Positions 29,332-39,239 of a DNA stretch of 54,226 nt are shown one piece after another (the stretch's first letter is position 1; each line of letters opens with the position of its first letter). The stretch lies in contig CAZVKC010000003.1 in NCBI GenBank assembly GCA_964627455.1, forward strand, positions 97,819-152,044, given 5' to 3'. Below the pieces are notes generated by a model, which saw nothing but the letters and a program-made list of their open reading frames with translations, made no database searches and had not been told where the DNA came from. Origin of the DNA: an uncultured Solibacteraceae bacterium (GTDB lineage Bacteria; Acidobacteriota; Terriglobia; Bryobacterales; Bryobacteraceae). A program made the translations under genes and the position numbers.

Positions 29332-29715
29332 ATGCCTCATCTTGCTCACTTTGCGATCAATGCCGACGACCTGCCCCGCGCCCGAGCATTTTATGAAGGC
29401 GTGTTCGGCTGGAAGTTCAACGCCTGGGGACCTCCAGGCTTCTTCCAGATCGACATGGGATCATCCTCGTCCGCCGTGCCTGTCATGGGAGCGCTGCAGC
29501 AGCGGCGACAGCTCGTCGAAGGCGCGCCCTTGCGCGCGTTCGAATGTACGATCTCGGTGGCGGATATCGAGGCAACCGCGCAGGCGATCCCGGAATGCGG
29601 CGGTCGAATCGTCATGCAACCGGTGACGTTGCCGGGCGTAGGCCGGCTTCTGTTCTTCGAAGATCCGGAAGGCAATGTGGCCGGTGCGATGCAGTACAAT
29701 CCCGAGGCCGCTTGA
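29332..29715 (+). CDS. VOC (glyoxalase/bleomycin-resistance/dioxygenase) family protein
   Basis: MPHLAHFAINADDLPRARAFYEGVFGWKF...LLFFEDPEGNV is the typical VOC beta-alpha-beta-beta-beta module. Confidence 0.75.
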   Translation: MPHLAHFAINADDLPRARAFYEGVFGWKFNAWGPPGFFQIDMGSSSSAVPVMGALQQRRQLVEGAPLRAFECTISVADIEATAQAIPECGGRIVMQPVTLPGVGRLLFFEDPEGNVAGAMQYNPEAA

Positions 29716-29717
29716 GA

Positions 29718-31112
29718 CTACGAGATTCCGTGCTTCTTCATGCGGTAGCGCAGGGTATCCCGGCTGATCCGCAACAGGCGCGCGGCTTCGCTCTGATTCC
29801 CACCGGATTTCCGTAGCGCCTCGGTCAACAAGCGTTTCTCCTGCTCCTCGAGCGGAACCAGTTCGCCCGGAGCGGCAGCGCCGCCTCCGTTGGCCGCCGC
29901 GGCGCCGGAAGCGACATCGATTTGCCCGCGGCTCAGGTATGTCGGCAGGTCCGCGACGTCGATCGTCGCGCCCAGCACCATAATGCAGGCGTGCCCGATC
30001 ACATTCTCGAGTTCGCGGACATTGCCCGGCCAGTGATGCCGTAACAGAACCATCTGCGCGCGATTCGTCAATCCGCGGATGTCCTTGTTGTACTGCGTGG
30101 CGTACTTGTTGATGAAGTGCCGGATCAGCAGCAGCAGATCGCCTTCACGCTCCACAAGATTGGGGATGGCGAGTTCCACCATGGTGAGGCGATAGAACAG
30201 ATCCTCGCGGAACTGGTTTTCCGCGACAGCGGCTCGCAGATCGCGGTGCGTCGCGGCGATGACGCGCACATTCACCTTGCGGGGCGTCAGCGCGCCGAGG
30301 CGCTGGACTTCCTGGTTCTGCAGCGCGCGCAGAAGCTTCGCCTGCGTGTTGAGCGGCATGTCGCCGATCTCATCGAGGAACAGCGTACCGTTGTGCGCGT
30401 ACTCGAACAATCCGACCTTATCTTGCGTCGCTCCCGTAAACGAACCGCGCACGTGGCCGAACAATTCGCTCTCAAACAGCGTTTCGACAACCGCAGAACA
30501 ATTCAGCGGCACGAACTGGCCGGCCGCCACGGGACTCAACTTGTGCAGCGCCCGGGCAACCAGTTCTTTGCCGGTGCCGGTCGCGCCCGCAACCAGAACC
30601 GAGCGGTAGTGCGGCGCAATGCGCTGCACCTGCGAGAACAGTTCCCACATCTGCGGGCTGTTCCCGACCATTCCTTCGAATTCGGCCTGTTCGGCCAGCG
30701 TCGCTTCGAGGTGCGACGCGCGGTTTCGCCGCTGGTGTTTTTCAATGAGCGCACCGACGCGATCGCGCACGGCGGCCAGCGCAACCGGTTTCTCCAGGTA
30801 GTCCGATGCGCCTTTCTTGATCGCCTCGACGGCGGACTGCGTCGAGTAGTGAGCCGTCATGAGCAGGACGTCGATGGAAGGATCTGCTTCCATAATCCGC
30901 TCCAGGAGTTCCATGCCCGACATTTTCGGCATGACCAGATCCGTCAACACGATCTGTGGATGTTCCTGGAGGATGTAGTCGAGTCCTTCCTCGGGGTCAC
31001 TGAACGTGCGGATCCTGAGGTCCGGACGCCGGAGCGCGGAGCTCAGCATCTCCAGACTGCCGGGATTGTCGTCAATGATTGCCAGCGAAACCGTGGACGC
31101 GCTGTTTTGCAT
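29718..31112 (-). CDS. sigma-54-dependent response regulator (NtrC family: receiver + AAA+ + HTH)
   Basis: Receiver (IIDDNPGSLEML...VLTDLVMPKMSGMELL). Sigma54-interaction AAA+ domain (VLVAGATGTGKELVARALH, the GAFTGA-like SFTGA, ESELFGH). C-terminal Fis-type HTH. Confidence 0.85.
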   Translation of the reverse strand: MQNSASTVSLAIIDDNPGSLEMLSSALRRPDLRIRTFSDPEEGLDYILQEHPQIVLTDLVMPKMSGMELLERIMEADPSIDVLLMTAHYSTQSAVEAIKKGASDYLEKPVALAAVRDRVGALIEKHQRRNRASHLEATLAEQAEFEGMVGNSPQMWELFSQVQRIAPHYRSVLVAGATGTGKELVARALHKLSPVAAGQFVPLNCSAVVETLFESELFGHVRGSFTGATQDKVGLFEYAHNGTLFLDEIGDMPLNTQAKLLRALQNQEVQRLGALTPRKVNVRVIAATHRDLRAAVAENQFREDLFYRLTMVELAIPNLVEREGDLLLLIRHFINKYATQYNKDIRGLTNRAQMVLLRHHWPGNVRELENVIGHACIMVLGATIDVADLPTYLSRGQIDVASGAAAANGGGAAAPGELVPLEEQEKRLLTEALRKSGGNQSEAARLLRISRDTLRYRMKKHGIS

Positions 31113-31133
31113 GTAAGTTCTTACTATAAGCCG

Positions 31134-31511
31134 TCAGCCGAGGTGCTTTTTGAGCACCTCCCGGATCTTCTTCAAACCGACGGGTTTCGTCACATAGTCA
31201 TTGAAACCTGCCGCCAACCCGCGCTGATCGTCGCCTTCCATCGCATAGGCGGTCAACGCAACGATCGGGGTTTTGCGAAAGGCCTCCAATTCACGCAGGC
31301 GCGCCAGCGTACCGTAGCCGTCGAGCCGGGGCATCTGAATATCGAGGATGATCAGATCCGGATGCACACTGGCCGCCACATCGAGCGCCTGAAAGCCATC
31401 GGCAGCCTCCATCACGTCACACCCGCAATGCGACAACATGGTCCGCAGCAACTCCCGGTTGCTGGAACTGTCGTCGACGATCAACACTTTGCTGTTGCCG
31501 CTACTACTCAC
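31134..31511 (-). CDS. single-domain CheY-like response regulator
   Basis: KVLIVDDSSSNRELL...DLIILDIQMPRLDG...VALTAYA, 125 aa. It overlaps the upstream kinase gene by 8 nt. Confidence 0.85.
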   Translation of the reverse strand: MSSSGNSKVLIVDDSSSNRELLRTMLSHCGCDVMEAADGFQALDVAASVHPDLIILDIQMPRLDGYGTLARLRELEAFRKTPIVALTAYAMEGDDQRGLAAGFNDYVTKPVGLKKIREVLKKHLG

Positions 31512-34500
31512 GACGCGCTCTCTTGCCTCCCAGAATGGCCAGTTGCTGCAACAGCGCCTCTTTCCAGGCCGCTCCCTTGATCAGGATGGCGTTGGTGGTG
31601 CGGCGCAACAGGATGACTTCGTTCTCCGACAGGGCGATGCCGGTCAGGACCAGAACCGGGATCCTCGAATACCGGGAATCTCCTTTCAACCGGAAGATCA
31701 GTTCGAAGCCGTTCATCTCGGGCATCATCAAATCGACGACGATGGCGCTGGGTGGAGCCTCTTCGATCCGTTCCAGCGCTTCGCGGCCGTTCGACGCCAG
31801 AACACATTCATAACCGGCTCCGGACACGATTTGCTGCGCCAGTTCCAGGGCCGCCGGCTCGTCATCTACCAGCAGGATCGACGATTTCTTCTCGCCAGGC
31901 TGAGTGTACTTCCGCAAAGCGGATAGCAGCGTGTCCTTCGCGACCGGCTTGGTGAGATGGGCCGCGGCGCCGAGCGGCGCTGCGCCTTCCTGCGGCAGCA
32001 CCGAGATCGCGATCACCGGGATCTTTTCGGTATCTCGCAAGCTCTTCAGATTCTCGAGCGCCTCCCAACCTTTGCCTCCCGGAAGCATCAGATCCAGCAG
32101 AATCGCCTGCGGCTGCAGTTCCAAAGCCTTCACCAACGCTTCCCTGGCCGAACCCGCGAACGTTACGTGGTAGCCTTCCGGTTCCAGTTCCACCGCAAGT
32201 TGCTGCACGGAATTGTCCTCTTCAATGACCAGAACCGTGGGCCGCGTGCTGCGGTGGAGTTCGCTCGCCGGCGGTGTCTGTGGAGTCGGCATTGAAAACG
32301 TGAACCGGCTGCCTTCTCCGAGTTCGCTTTCCACCCAGATCCGCCCGCTCTGCTGCTCAACCAGCCGCTTGCAGATGGCGAGGCCGAGTCCCGTACCTTC
32401 GCGGATGCCCTTGGTCGTCGCGCCCGCCTGATAGAACACGTCGAAAATCGCACGCCGGTGTTCCGGGGCAATGCCGATGCCGGTATCCCAGACCGTGATC
32501 GCGATCTGCTTGCGGAACCAGCTCGAGGCCAGCCCGATCCGTCCGCCTACGGGCGTAAACTTGATCGCGTTCGAGAGCAGGTTCAGGACAACCTGCTTGA
32601 ACCGCAACCGGTCGGCTCGCAACATCAGTTCCGCCTGGATCTGGTTGAGGATCACAATGGATTTCGCATCAGCCTGCGGGCGCAGCGTCCCGATGACTTC
32701 ATCGACCGCCTGATTGAGGTCGAAGTCTTCGGTGCGGAACTCCAGCCGCCCCGCCTCGATCTTGCTCAGGTCAAGGATGTCGTTGATCAGCGCCAGCAGG
32801 TGCTGCGAATCGCGGTAGATGTGCTGGACAAACCGTTTCTGCTTCTCGTTGAGCGGCCCTTCGATCTCCTCTTCGAGCAGTTCCGAAAAGCCCGTGATGG
32901 TATGCAACGGGGACCGCAATTCGTGGCTCATGCTGGCCAGGAACTCGCTCTTGGAACGGCTCGCGGCTTCCGCCTTCAGCTTCGCTTCCTGCAGTTCCTC
33001 TTCGCGGCGGCGGCGTTCGGTGATGTTGTAGGCCACCACCATGCGCACAGGCCGGCCGGACACGACCATGTCGTGAATGATCGAATCCACTTCGAACGTG
33101 GTGCCGTCTTTGCGTGTGTGGCGAATGCCGCTGCGAGCCTCGCCGGGCAGGTATTCGGTCCAGATGTCTTTGAAGGTCCGCTCGAGAAACTCCTCTCGGC
33201 TGTAGCCGTATTCCTCAGTGGCCTTGTCGTTCACCGCAATGAATCGTAGCGTCTCGGAGTCGTATACATAAGCCGGAACCGGATACGCTTCGAACAGGGT
33301 GCGGGCCTGTTCCGCGCTGCGGGCCGCCTCGCTCGCCAGCAGTTCCCGCTCGGTGATATCGCGGATCGCAGCCGCCACGTGCACGCCGCCCGACAGGTTC
33401 ATCGGACTGAGCGTGATCTCGACAGGGAACTCGACGCCGTCTGCCCGCCTCGCGGAAAGCTTGAGTCCGCTGCCCATGGGCCGGATGGACGGCTTCTCCA
33501 TGAAACTCATGCGCCGGTGGCGATGCGTGTCGCGAAACCGGTCCGGCACGAGCAGGTCTACGGGCTGGCCGATGAGATCCGCCGGTTCGTAGCCGAACAG
33601 CCGGCGGACGCTCTGGTTCGCCAGGACGATCCGGCCTGCGCTATCCACCTCGACGATTGCGTCCGGGGCCGCTTCGAGCAGGTCGCGATACCGGCCGATT
33701 GCTTCGATCTCGACACGGACGGCTTCCGCCTGCGCGCGCATCTGCCGCCACTGCGAAGCGTCGACCAGCGATGATACGACGCCGCGGACTTTGCCCGAGT
33801 TGTCGCGCAACGGCGAGTTGGTGATCGCCATCGTGAACATCGAACCATCGCGGCGCCGCCGCGGAGTCTCCTCGAGATGCCATCCCGGACCATCACCGTG
33901 CACCAGGCGGCTGACCATCTTCAGGAACGGTTCCAGTTCCTCCTGCGGAATCGTCGGCGGGATCCGGCCCAGAATCTCTTCCTGTTTCCAGCCGGTCATG
34001 CGTTCCGCTTCGGCGCTCCAGTACATCACCAGACCGTGCTCGTCGACCGCGCAGAGTCCAAAGGGACAGGCTTCCACTACCGCCCGCAGGGTTTCATAGG
34101 CGCTGATGCATTCCAGACTTTCCTTACGGATCGCTTCCCGCTGCCGGCGGCAATGCAGCGCGCGGTAGGCCGCCCGGCTCAAGGGTCCAGGCTCTTTGGA
34201 GAATAGGCAATCAAGCGCGCCGTCGCGGATCCACCGCGCCGCGAGTTCGTGATCTTCAGGCCCATCGGCGAACGCGACAACGGGCAGGCCGGGAGCCAGA
34301 TGCCGGGCCTCCGCGAGCGCTTCGCTCCAGCCGGATTCCGCGAGCAGCAGGTCGTAGTTGCCGGCGGACTCCCTCAATTCACGCCGCAGGTCGCGAATCG
34401 AATCGACCTCGCGAATATCGGCCGGAAAACCGAGAGCCGCGAGTTCCCCACGGAATCTCGCGGCTTCTCCTTCCTGATTGGAAAGTACCAGTATGTGAAG

Positions 34501-34551
34501 TGGCGCTTGCTGCTGCATGGGAAGAGTGGAAACCCTCAGTTTCTCATCCAA
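31504..34551 (-). CDS. hybrid sensor histidine kinase: degenerate N-terminal receiver, multiple PAS, HisKA + HATPase, two C-terminal receivers
   Basis: The N-terminal ~130 aa are receiver-like but lack all three acidic pocket residues (ILVLSNQEG; YDLLLAES with Ala at the phospho-Asp position). They are followed by at least three PAS-like blocks, an H-box SHELRSPLHTI, N/G1/G2 ATPase boxes (NLLSNAIKFT, DTGIGI, GTGLGLAI) and two canonical receivers (ILLDLMLPGGKG; ILLVDDEP...VVDLMMPEMNG). Confidence 0.85.
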   Translation of the reverse strand: MDEKLRVSTLPMQQQAPLHILVLSNQEGEAARFRGELAALGFPADIREVDSIRDLRRELRESAGNYDLLLAESGWSEALAEARHLAPGLPVVAFADGPEDHELAARWIRDGALDCLFSKEPGPLSRAAYRALHCRRQREAIRKESLECISAYETLRAVVEACPFGLCAVDEHGLVMYWSAEAERMTGWKQEEILGRIPPTIPQEELEPFLKMVSRLVHGDGPGWHLEETPRRRRDGSMFTMAITNSPLRDNSGKVRGVVSSLVDASQWRQMRAQAEAVRVEIEAIGRYRDLLEAAPDAIVEVDSAGRIVLANQSVRRLFGYEPADLIGQPVDLLVPDRFRDTHRHRRMSFMEKPSIRPMGSGLKLSARRADGVEFPVEITLSPMNLSGGVHVAAAIRDITERELLASEAARSAEQARTLFEAYPVPAYVYDSETLRFIAVNDKATEEYGYSREEFLERTFKDIWTEYLPGEARSGIRHTRKDGTTFEVDSIIHDMVVSGRPVRMVVAYNITERRRREEELQEAKLKAEAASRSKSEFLASMSHELRSPLHTITGFSELLEEEIEGPLNEKQKRFVQHIYRDSQHLLALINDILDLSKIEAGRLEFRTEDFDLNQAVDEVIGTLRPQADAKSIVILNQIQAELMLRADRLRFKQVVLNLLSNAIKFTPVGGRIGLASSWFRKQIAITVWDTGIGIAPEHRRAIFDVFYQAGATTKGIREGTGLGLAICKRLVEQQSGRIWVESELGEGSRFTFSMPTPQTPPASELHRSTRPTVLVIEEDNSVQQLAVELEPEGYHVTFAGSAREALVKALELQPQAILLDLMLPGGKGWEALENLKSLRDTEKIPVIAISVLPQEGAAPLGAAAHLTKPVAKDTLLSALRKYTQPGEKKSSILLVDDEPAALELAQQIVSGAGYECVLASNGREALERIEEAPPSAIVVDLMMPEMNGFELIFRLKGDSRYSRIPVLVLTGIALSENEVILLRRTTNAILIKGAAWKEALLQQLAILGGKRARRE

Positions 34552-35116
34552 CCCGTTTTAATGCACGCAGTCCGGCATACGTGATCAGCCCGCCGGCGAC
34601 GCTGGCGATTGCGCCCGCGCCTTTGGCCAGACTGGTTTCCGTATCATGCAGGAGGTGGAGACGGTTGTCGACATCCCGCACCCCGGGGACGCCCATCACA
34701 CCGGCCAGCAATTTGCCGGCGTCACGAGCTTCCACGTCACCTTCCAGCGTCACTGTTCCAGCATCGTCGGCGTGCACCGACAGCCCATGAGGTTTGTGGA
34801 TCACCCTCCCCATCTTTGCCCGCACACGGGCCTCCAGCCTGGCAGGTTCGACGGCTTCATGTGTAAACATGTGCCGCACCTCTGCCGCGACGCCCTCGGC
34901 GCGATTCGCCAGATCCTGGGCGACTTTTTCCGTCTTCATCTCCGCGTGGCGGCACAGGCTTTCAGCTTGTGCTTCGAGTTTGGCCCGTCTCGACCGCCCG
35001 CGGTCGGGATCGAACAAATACATCAGTCCGGCGCCGATTCCAGCGCCAATCAGGAGGCCGGCGCCGGCTGCAGCGACATTCCGGACTTCGAAATCTCTAC
35101 CATTGAGGTCTTTCAT
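34544..35116 (-). CDS. BON-domain protein (OsmY-like)
   Basis: One N-terminal TM helix (AAAGAGLLIGAGIGAGLMYLF). The C-terminal BON signature is VTLEGDVEARDAGKLLAGVMGVPGVRDVDNRL. A strong AGGAGG RBS sits 6 nt upstream of the ATG at 35116; the track ORF to 35290 is over-extended. It is the first gene of the operon with the kinase and the two regulators. Confidence 0.75.
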   Translation of the reverse strand: MKDLNGRDFEVRNVAAAGAGLLIGAGIGAGLMYLFDPDRGRSRRAKLEAQAESLCRHAEMKTEKVAQDLANRAEGVAAEVRHMFTHEAVEPARLEARVRAKMGRVIHKPHGLSVHADDAGTVTLEGDVEARDAGKLLAGVMGVPGVRDVDNRLHLLHDTETSLAKGAGAIASVAGGLITYAGLRALKRVG

Positions 35117-35353
35117 GGCCCCCTCCTTCAGATTCTTTCCTGCACGCCGTCTTCCGTTTCGAAAGTATGATTTTCCAAACTGCGGCCAAGCCCCCTGCGT
35201 GATATGCCCCAGTATGAATGGGGCAATCCCCACGTGCCCATACCGAGCCTTCGCCAAACCATGGTTTCTACAATGGCGTACAACGTGCACAGTTTCTTTG
35301 CAGGAAGAATGGAAACGAAGTTATTGAGCCTGTAAGCAGAAAGAAGGCATGTC

Positions 35354-36217
35354 ATGTACCCGTTCTCCAAGATTGTTTTCCCGGTTGATTTCTCGAAACG
35401 GTGCGAAGCCGTCGTTCCGGCGGTTCGGGCCATGGCCGCCAAACACAATTCCGGAATTGTCCTGTTTCACGCGCTGGACATGCCCCCCGGCGGCTACGCG
35501 GAATGGTATTCCTTTGCCGCCGTCGTCGATCTTCCGGCGATTCGCGAACACACCGTCCGCAGCCTGGACCGTTTCGCCGAGCGCCTGTTCGCCGACGTTC
35601 CAGTCGAAAACGTGATTAGCGACGGACGCCCGGTTGACGCGCTGGCGGAATTCATCAAAGAGCGCCCCGACGACCTCATCATGCTACCGTCGCACGGACA
35701 TAGCAAGTTCCGGAGCATGCTGCTCGGGTCGGTCACCACCGGCGTACTGCATGAAGTGGCGAATCCCATCTGGACCGCGGCGCATGCGCTCGAAGAGCCG
35801 CCACCGCCGAGCGATTACCGGAACATTGTCTGTGCAATCGACATGGAGCGCAATTCGGTGAAGGCCCTCGACATGGCCAACCGGATCGCAAAAGACTACG
35901 GCGCGAACCTCCGCGTCATTCATTCGGAACCGGCTGTCGAGGACCTCGTCCACAGCGACAGCGCGATGCGGTTCCGCAGGTTCTTAGAGTTCCGGGCTCG
36001 TGAGGATTACGAACCCCTGGCAGCGGAGGCGGGCGTCACGGCGGCAATCGAAGTGGTAGAGGGGCCGGTCGGTGAATCGATCGCCTCCGCTTGCAAGAGC
36101 CGCGACGCCGACCTGCTGGTAATCGGCAGGGGCGTTGTGCACGGGACCTTCGGCAACCTCCGGACGCATATTACGGACATCATCCGGCGTGCGCCGTGCC
36201 CCGTGATTACTGTTTGA
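35354..36217 (+). CDS. tandem universal stress protein (2x UspA domains)
   Basis: Two USP modules, each with the ...VVG..G.....LGSV...V.....CPVLVV-type C-terminal ATP-binding motif (LLGSVTTGVLHEVANPIWT; LLVIGRGVVHGTFGNL...APCPVI). Confidence 0.8.
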   Translation: MYPFSKIVFPVDFSKRCEAVVPAVRAMAAKHNSGIVLFHALDMPPGGYAEWYSFAAVVDLPAIREHTVRSLDRFAERLFADVPVENVISDGRPVDALAEFIKERPDDLIMLPSHGHSKFRSMLLGSVTTGVLHEVANPIWTAAHALEEPPPPSDYRNIVCAIDMERNSVKALDMANRIAKDYGANLRVIHSEPAVEDLVHSDSAMRFRRFLEFRAREDYEPLAAEAGVTAAIEVVEGPVGESIASACKSRDADLLVIGRGVVHGTFGNLRTHITDIIRRAPCPVITV

Positions 36218-37973
36218 CGATATGTTTGCCTGGTAGCGCGATGGCGGCATCTTTGGCTGCTTCTCCTCCGCCATCGCGTGCCAGGTCGATTTCGAACACC
36301 TGCGGTTCCGCGCCCTCGATCGACACCGTCACACGGTGGCGTCCCAGAAACGCGCGCGTCGTGTACACGCCGTCGTCGCCCGTCTGCCCTTCGGCATTGG
36401 TCCACCAGTCTTTGAACACGAGACGCTCGTAGGCCTCCAGCATCGGGCGCGCGGACCAGTCGCGCCGGAACATCCCCGCGCCCTGGTTCGCCAGCCAGTG
36501 TGCGCCGTCCCAGAATCCCCACATCAGGAATGACTTGATGTTCGGATGCGAGAAGGCCGCGGTGAGATAGTCTTCCAGGTATTTGGCCTGCGCGGCTTCG
36601 TCCCGTGGACCTCCGAAGGTCACGTCGAACTCGGTGATCTCGATTGGCAGGTTGAACTGCGAGAGTTCGTCCCAGGCTTCGAGCACACGGGGGATCGGAG
36701 TGAGCGGGACATTCATATGCGCCTGATCGCCGAGGGCCGTCACAGGCGCGCCGTTATCCAGCAGTTCGCGAACAATGGCGAGGATCCCGTTGCGGTGGGC
36801 GTCGTTGGCGCCGCCCCGGACATTCGAGATGTTGTAGTCGTTGTACACGAGGTCGATATCCGGATTCTCCTCGCGCGCCCACTGAAAACTCTTCCAAAGC
36901 AGGTCGCGGCCGCCGTCCCGCAGGACCTCGGTATTCGTGTACGCCTCATTGACGGCGTCCCAGGCGACTAGCCGCCCGCGCGTCTTCCCGACGTAATCCC
37001 GCACATGAGCCTCGATCGCCGCTCGCAGTTCCTCGCCGCGAAGGTTCCGGACACTGGTGGGAAGGTACTGGTAGCTCGGCCACACCAGCACGTGCCCGCG
37101 GACGGTGAGTCCGTTATCCGCGAACCACTGCAGCATCCGGTCGGCTGTCGGGAATCCGGCGCCGTTGTTGAACTGCCACTTCAACGCGTTCTCGGTCACG
37201 ACGTAGTTGAACAGGCGCTTCAACTCGGTGCGGTAGCGGTCGCCGTCGCCCGTATTGGCAAAGAGCGGACCATCGGCGACCGCAGTCCCGAACTTGAAAC
37301 CATGTCTCAGCTGCTCGACCTTGACCGAAGCGCCGGGAACAGGGTTGCCGTCGGCATCGGTGACCACAACGCGGATATCGCCCATGCGGTTCTTGCGGAT
37401 TCTTTCCTGGGCCGCTTCTTTCCAGGAGTCATCAACAGACTGGCCTCCGAAGATGTCGAGGTTGATGCTTTGCGGCGGCTCGGCGAGGATCCCGAAATCT
37501 TCGAGCCGGATGTTCGCGAGTTCCACGGCGCCGACGTCGAAGCCGGTCTGGATTCGCAACGCGGAGGTCCCGGCAGCGTACGCCGCAGTCTGATAGGCGA
37601 TCGCGTACTCTTTCCATTCCTCCGTCAACCGGATCACGTTCGACAGCGATTTGCTGTACGGCGTCGCGTTGAGTTCGTGGATGAGTCCGATGCGGCTCTT
37701 CGAAGACGAGCGTCCCCAGAGGCGGAAGCGGAGCCAGCGCGCGTTGGCGAGAGCCGGGGGAAGGACTCGCGACATTTGAGAATCCCAGGGCGTGGCAGGC
37801 GTGGCGATCGTGGTCGCAACGCGCAGCGCGGTGGATGTTCCATCCGGAACGTCGCTCACCGCGATCGCCTGCATGCCGCCGGTGCGGCTGTAACTCCAGG
37901 AGCCCCCTTCAACCAGGGTCTGGGCCGGCAGCAGCGTTGCAGCCGCGGCGGCCAGGACGAGAAACGCCTTCAT
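36207..37973 (-). CDS. GH10 endo-1,4-beta-xylanase with an N-terminal carbohydrate-binding module, secreted
   Basis: GH10 motifs VVTENALKW, RGHVLVWPSYQ, AWDAVNEAY (acid/base Glu) and IEITEFDV (nucleophile Glu). An N-terminal ~150-aa beta-sandwich CBM-like region follows the signal peptide. Confidence 0.8.
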   Translation of the reverse strand: MKAFLVLAAAAATLLPAQTLVEGGSWSYSRTGGMQAIAVSDVPDGTSTALRVATTIATPATPWDSQMSRVLPPALANARWLRFRLWGRSSSKSRIGLIHELNATPYSKSLSNVIRLTEEWKEYAIAYQTAAYAAGTSALRIQTGFDVGAVELANIRLEDFGILAEPPQSINLDIFGGQSVDDSWKEAAQERIRKNRMGDIRVVVTDADGNPVPGASVKVEQLRHGFKFGTAVADGPLFANTGDGDRYRTELKRLFNYVVTENALKWQFNNGAGFPTADRMLQWFADNGLTVRGHVLVWPSYQYLPTSVRNLRGEELRAAIEAHVRDYVGKTRGRLVAWDAVNEAYTNTEVLRDGGRDLLWKSFQWAREENPDIDLVYNDYNISNVRGGANDAHRNGILAIVRELLDNGAPVTALGDQAHMNVPLTPIPRVLEAWDELSQFNLPIEITEFDVTFGGPRDEAAQAKYLEDYLTAAFSHPNIKSFLMWGFWDGAHWLANQGAGMFRRDWSARPMLEAYERLVFKDWWTNAEGQTGDDGVYTTRAFLGRHRVTVSIEGAEPQVFEIDLARDGGGEAAKDAAIALPGKHIVKQ

Positions 37974-37979
37974 CTGATC

Positions 37980-39212
37980 CTATTTTGCCGCTTCTTTCAC
38001 CACCGCGCCGTCCCGCATCACCCAGCGGACTCCGCGGACCACAGTCTGGATGTCGCGCCACGGCTCGCCTTCGATGGCGACAAGGTCGGCGAAGAAGCCG
38101 GGAGCCAGGCGGCCAATGCGGTCCTGCATGCCCAGGAGTTCCGCGCCGTTGACGGTCGCCGCGCGCAACGCCTCTTCGTCCGTGAGGCCGGCTTTCACGA
38201 ACCACTCCAGTTCGCACGTGTTCTGCCCGAACATCGTGAATACGGCGTCGGATCCCATCGCAAAGCGGACCCCGGCTTTATGTGCGCGTTTCGCGGTATC
38301 GAGGTTCCGCGCGATGTAGTCACGCAGGCCCTCCTCAGATCCCGGCGCAAAATTGTACTCGCGAGCGGCGTCGATGTAATACCGGTTGTGGTCGAGCGTC
38401 GGCACGAACCAGATTCTCTTTCGGGCCATTTCCTGTAGCGTGGCGTCGTCGACGTCTGCGCCGTGTTCGATGGAATCCGGCCCGGCTTTCACGGCGTCAC
38501 GAAAGCCTTCCGGGCCGTAGGAATGAATCGCAATCCGCTTGCCAGCCTTGTGTGCGGCATCGACCGCGGCTGCCATCTCCTCGAACGTCAGCGTTTGTTT
38601 TCCGTCGACGTTTTCGAACCCGCCCCGAGAGGCGAACAGCTTGATCACATCCGCGCCGGCGGCGATGCGTTCCTCCACAGCCTTGCGCATGCCGTCCGCG
38701 CCCGGAGGCGGATTGCCGCCGATCCCGCGTCCCGCGGCAAGGATCCGTGGACCCTGCAGTTTCCCCATCGCAATGAGATCGCGAAGTGCGAAGTCGTTGC
38801 CATTCAAACCGTTGAGATCGCGGACCGTCGTCACCCCGCACTCGAGCGTGAGCTTGGCATTCGCCGCGGCCGATACAACCTCAACCGCAGGATGCTGGCG
38901 CGCACGAGCCCGCGGATTCGTCCCAAGCGCACGATTCCAGTAATAGGTGATGTGCGTGTGGACGTCGATCATCCCGGGGATGCCGGAATAGCGCCGCAAG
39001 TCAATGACGCGCGCGCCCTTCGGAAAACTGCCATGGTCTTTGTCGACCCGGGTGATCCGGCCGTCTTCCACGATCACGGCAGCGCGTTCGAGAACCGGGT
39101 CCCCGGGGACACCCGTCCACACCTTCCCAAAACGAATGACCTGCGGGTCGGCGGCCTGGAGCAGCGTCACCGCGCCGCAAAAGAAAAAACGGAGGAACCT
39201 GGCGCACGCCAT
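37980..39212 (-). CDS. amidohydrolase family protein (imidazolonepropionase/prolidase-like), secreted
   Basis: Signal peptide MACARFLRFFFCGAVTLLQA; HxH motif IPGMIDVHTHITYYW; later metal ligands (RIAIHSYGPEG). Confidence 0.7.
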   Translation of the reverse strand: MACARFLRFFFCGAVTLLQAADPQVIRFGKVWTGVPGDPVLERAAVIVEDGRITRVDKDHGSFPKGARVIDLRRYSGIPGMIDVHTHITYYWNRALGTNPRARARQHPAVEVVSAAANAKLTLECGVTTVRDLNGLNGNDFALRDLIAMGKLQGPRILAAGRGIGGNPPPGADGMRKAVEERIAAGADVIKLFASRGGFENVDGKQTLTFEEMAAAVDAAHKAGKRIAIHSYGPEGFRDAVKAGPDSIEHGADVDDATLQEMARKRIWFVPTLDHNRYYIDAAREYNFAPGSEEGLRDYIARNLDTAKRAHKAGVRFAMGSDAVFTMFGQNTCELEWFVKAGLTDEEALRAATVNGAELLGMQDRIGRLAPGFFADLVAIEGEPWRDIQTVVRGVRWVMRDGAVVKEAAK

Positions 39213-39239
39213 AAGTTCCTCCGAGTGTACTGCACCGCC

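Noticed and set aside
35280-35310. Possible sigma54 promoter elements in the BON/USP divergent region (GTGCAC-N6-TTTGCA on the + strand; TGGGCAC-N7-TTGCC on the - strand).
   Set aside because: The + strand candidate lacks the essential GG dinucleotide. The - strand candidate has a GG-to-GC spacing 2 nt longer than the strict TGGCAC-N5-TTGC consensus.
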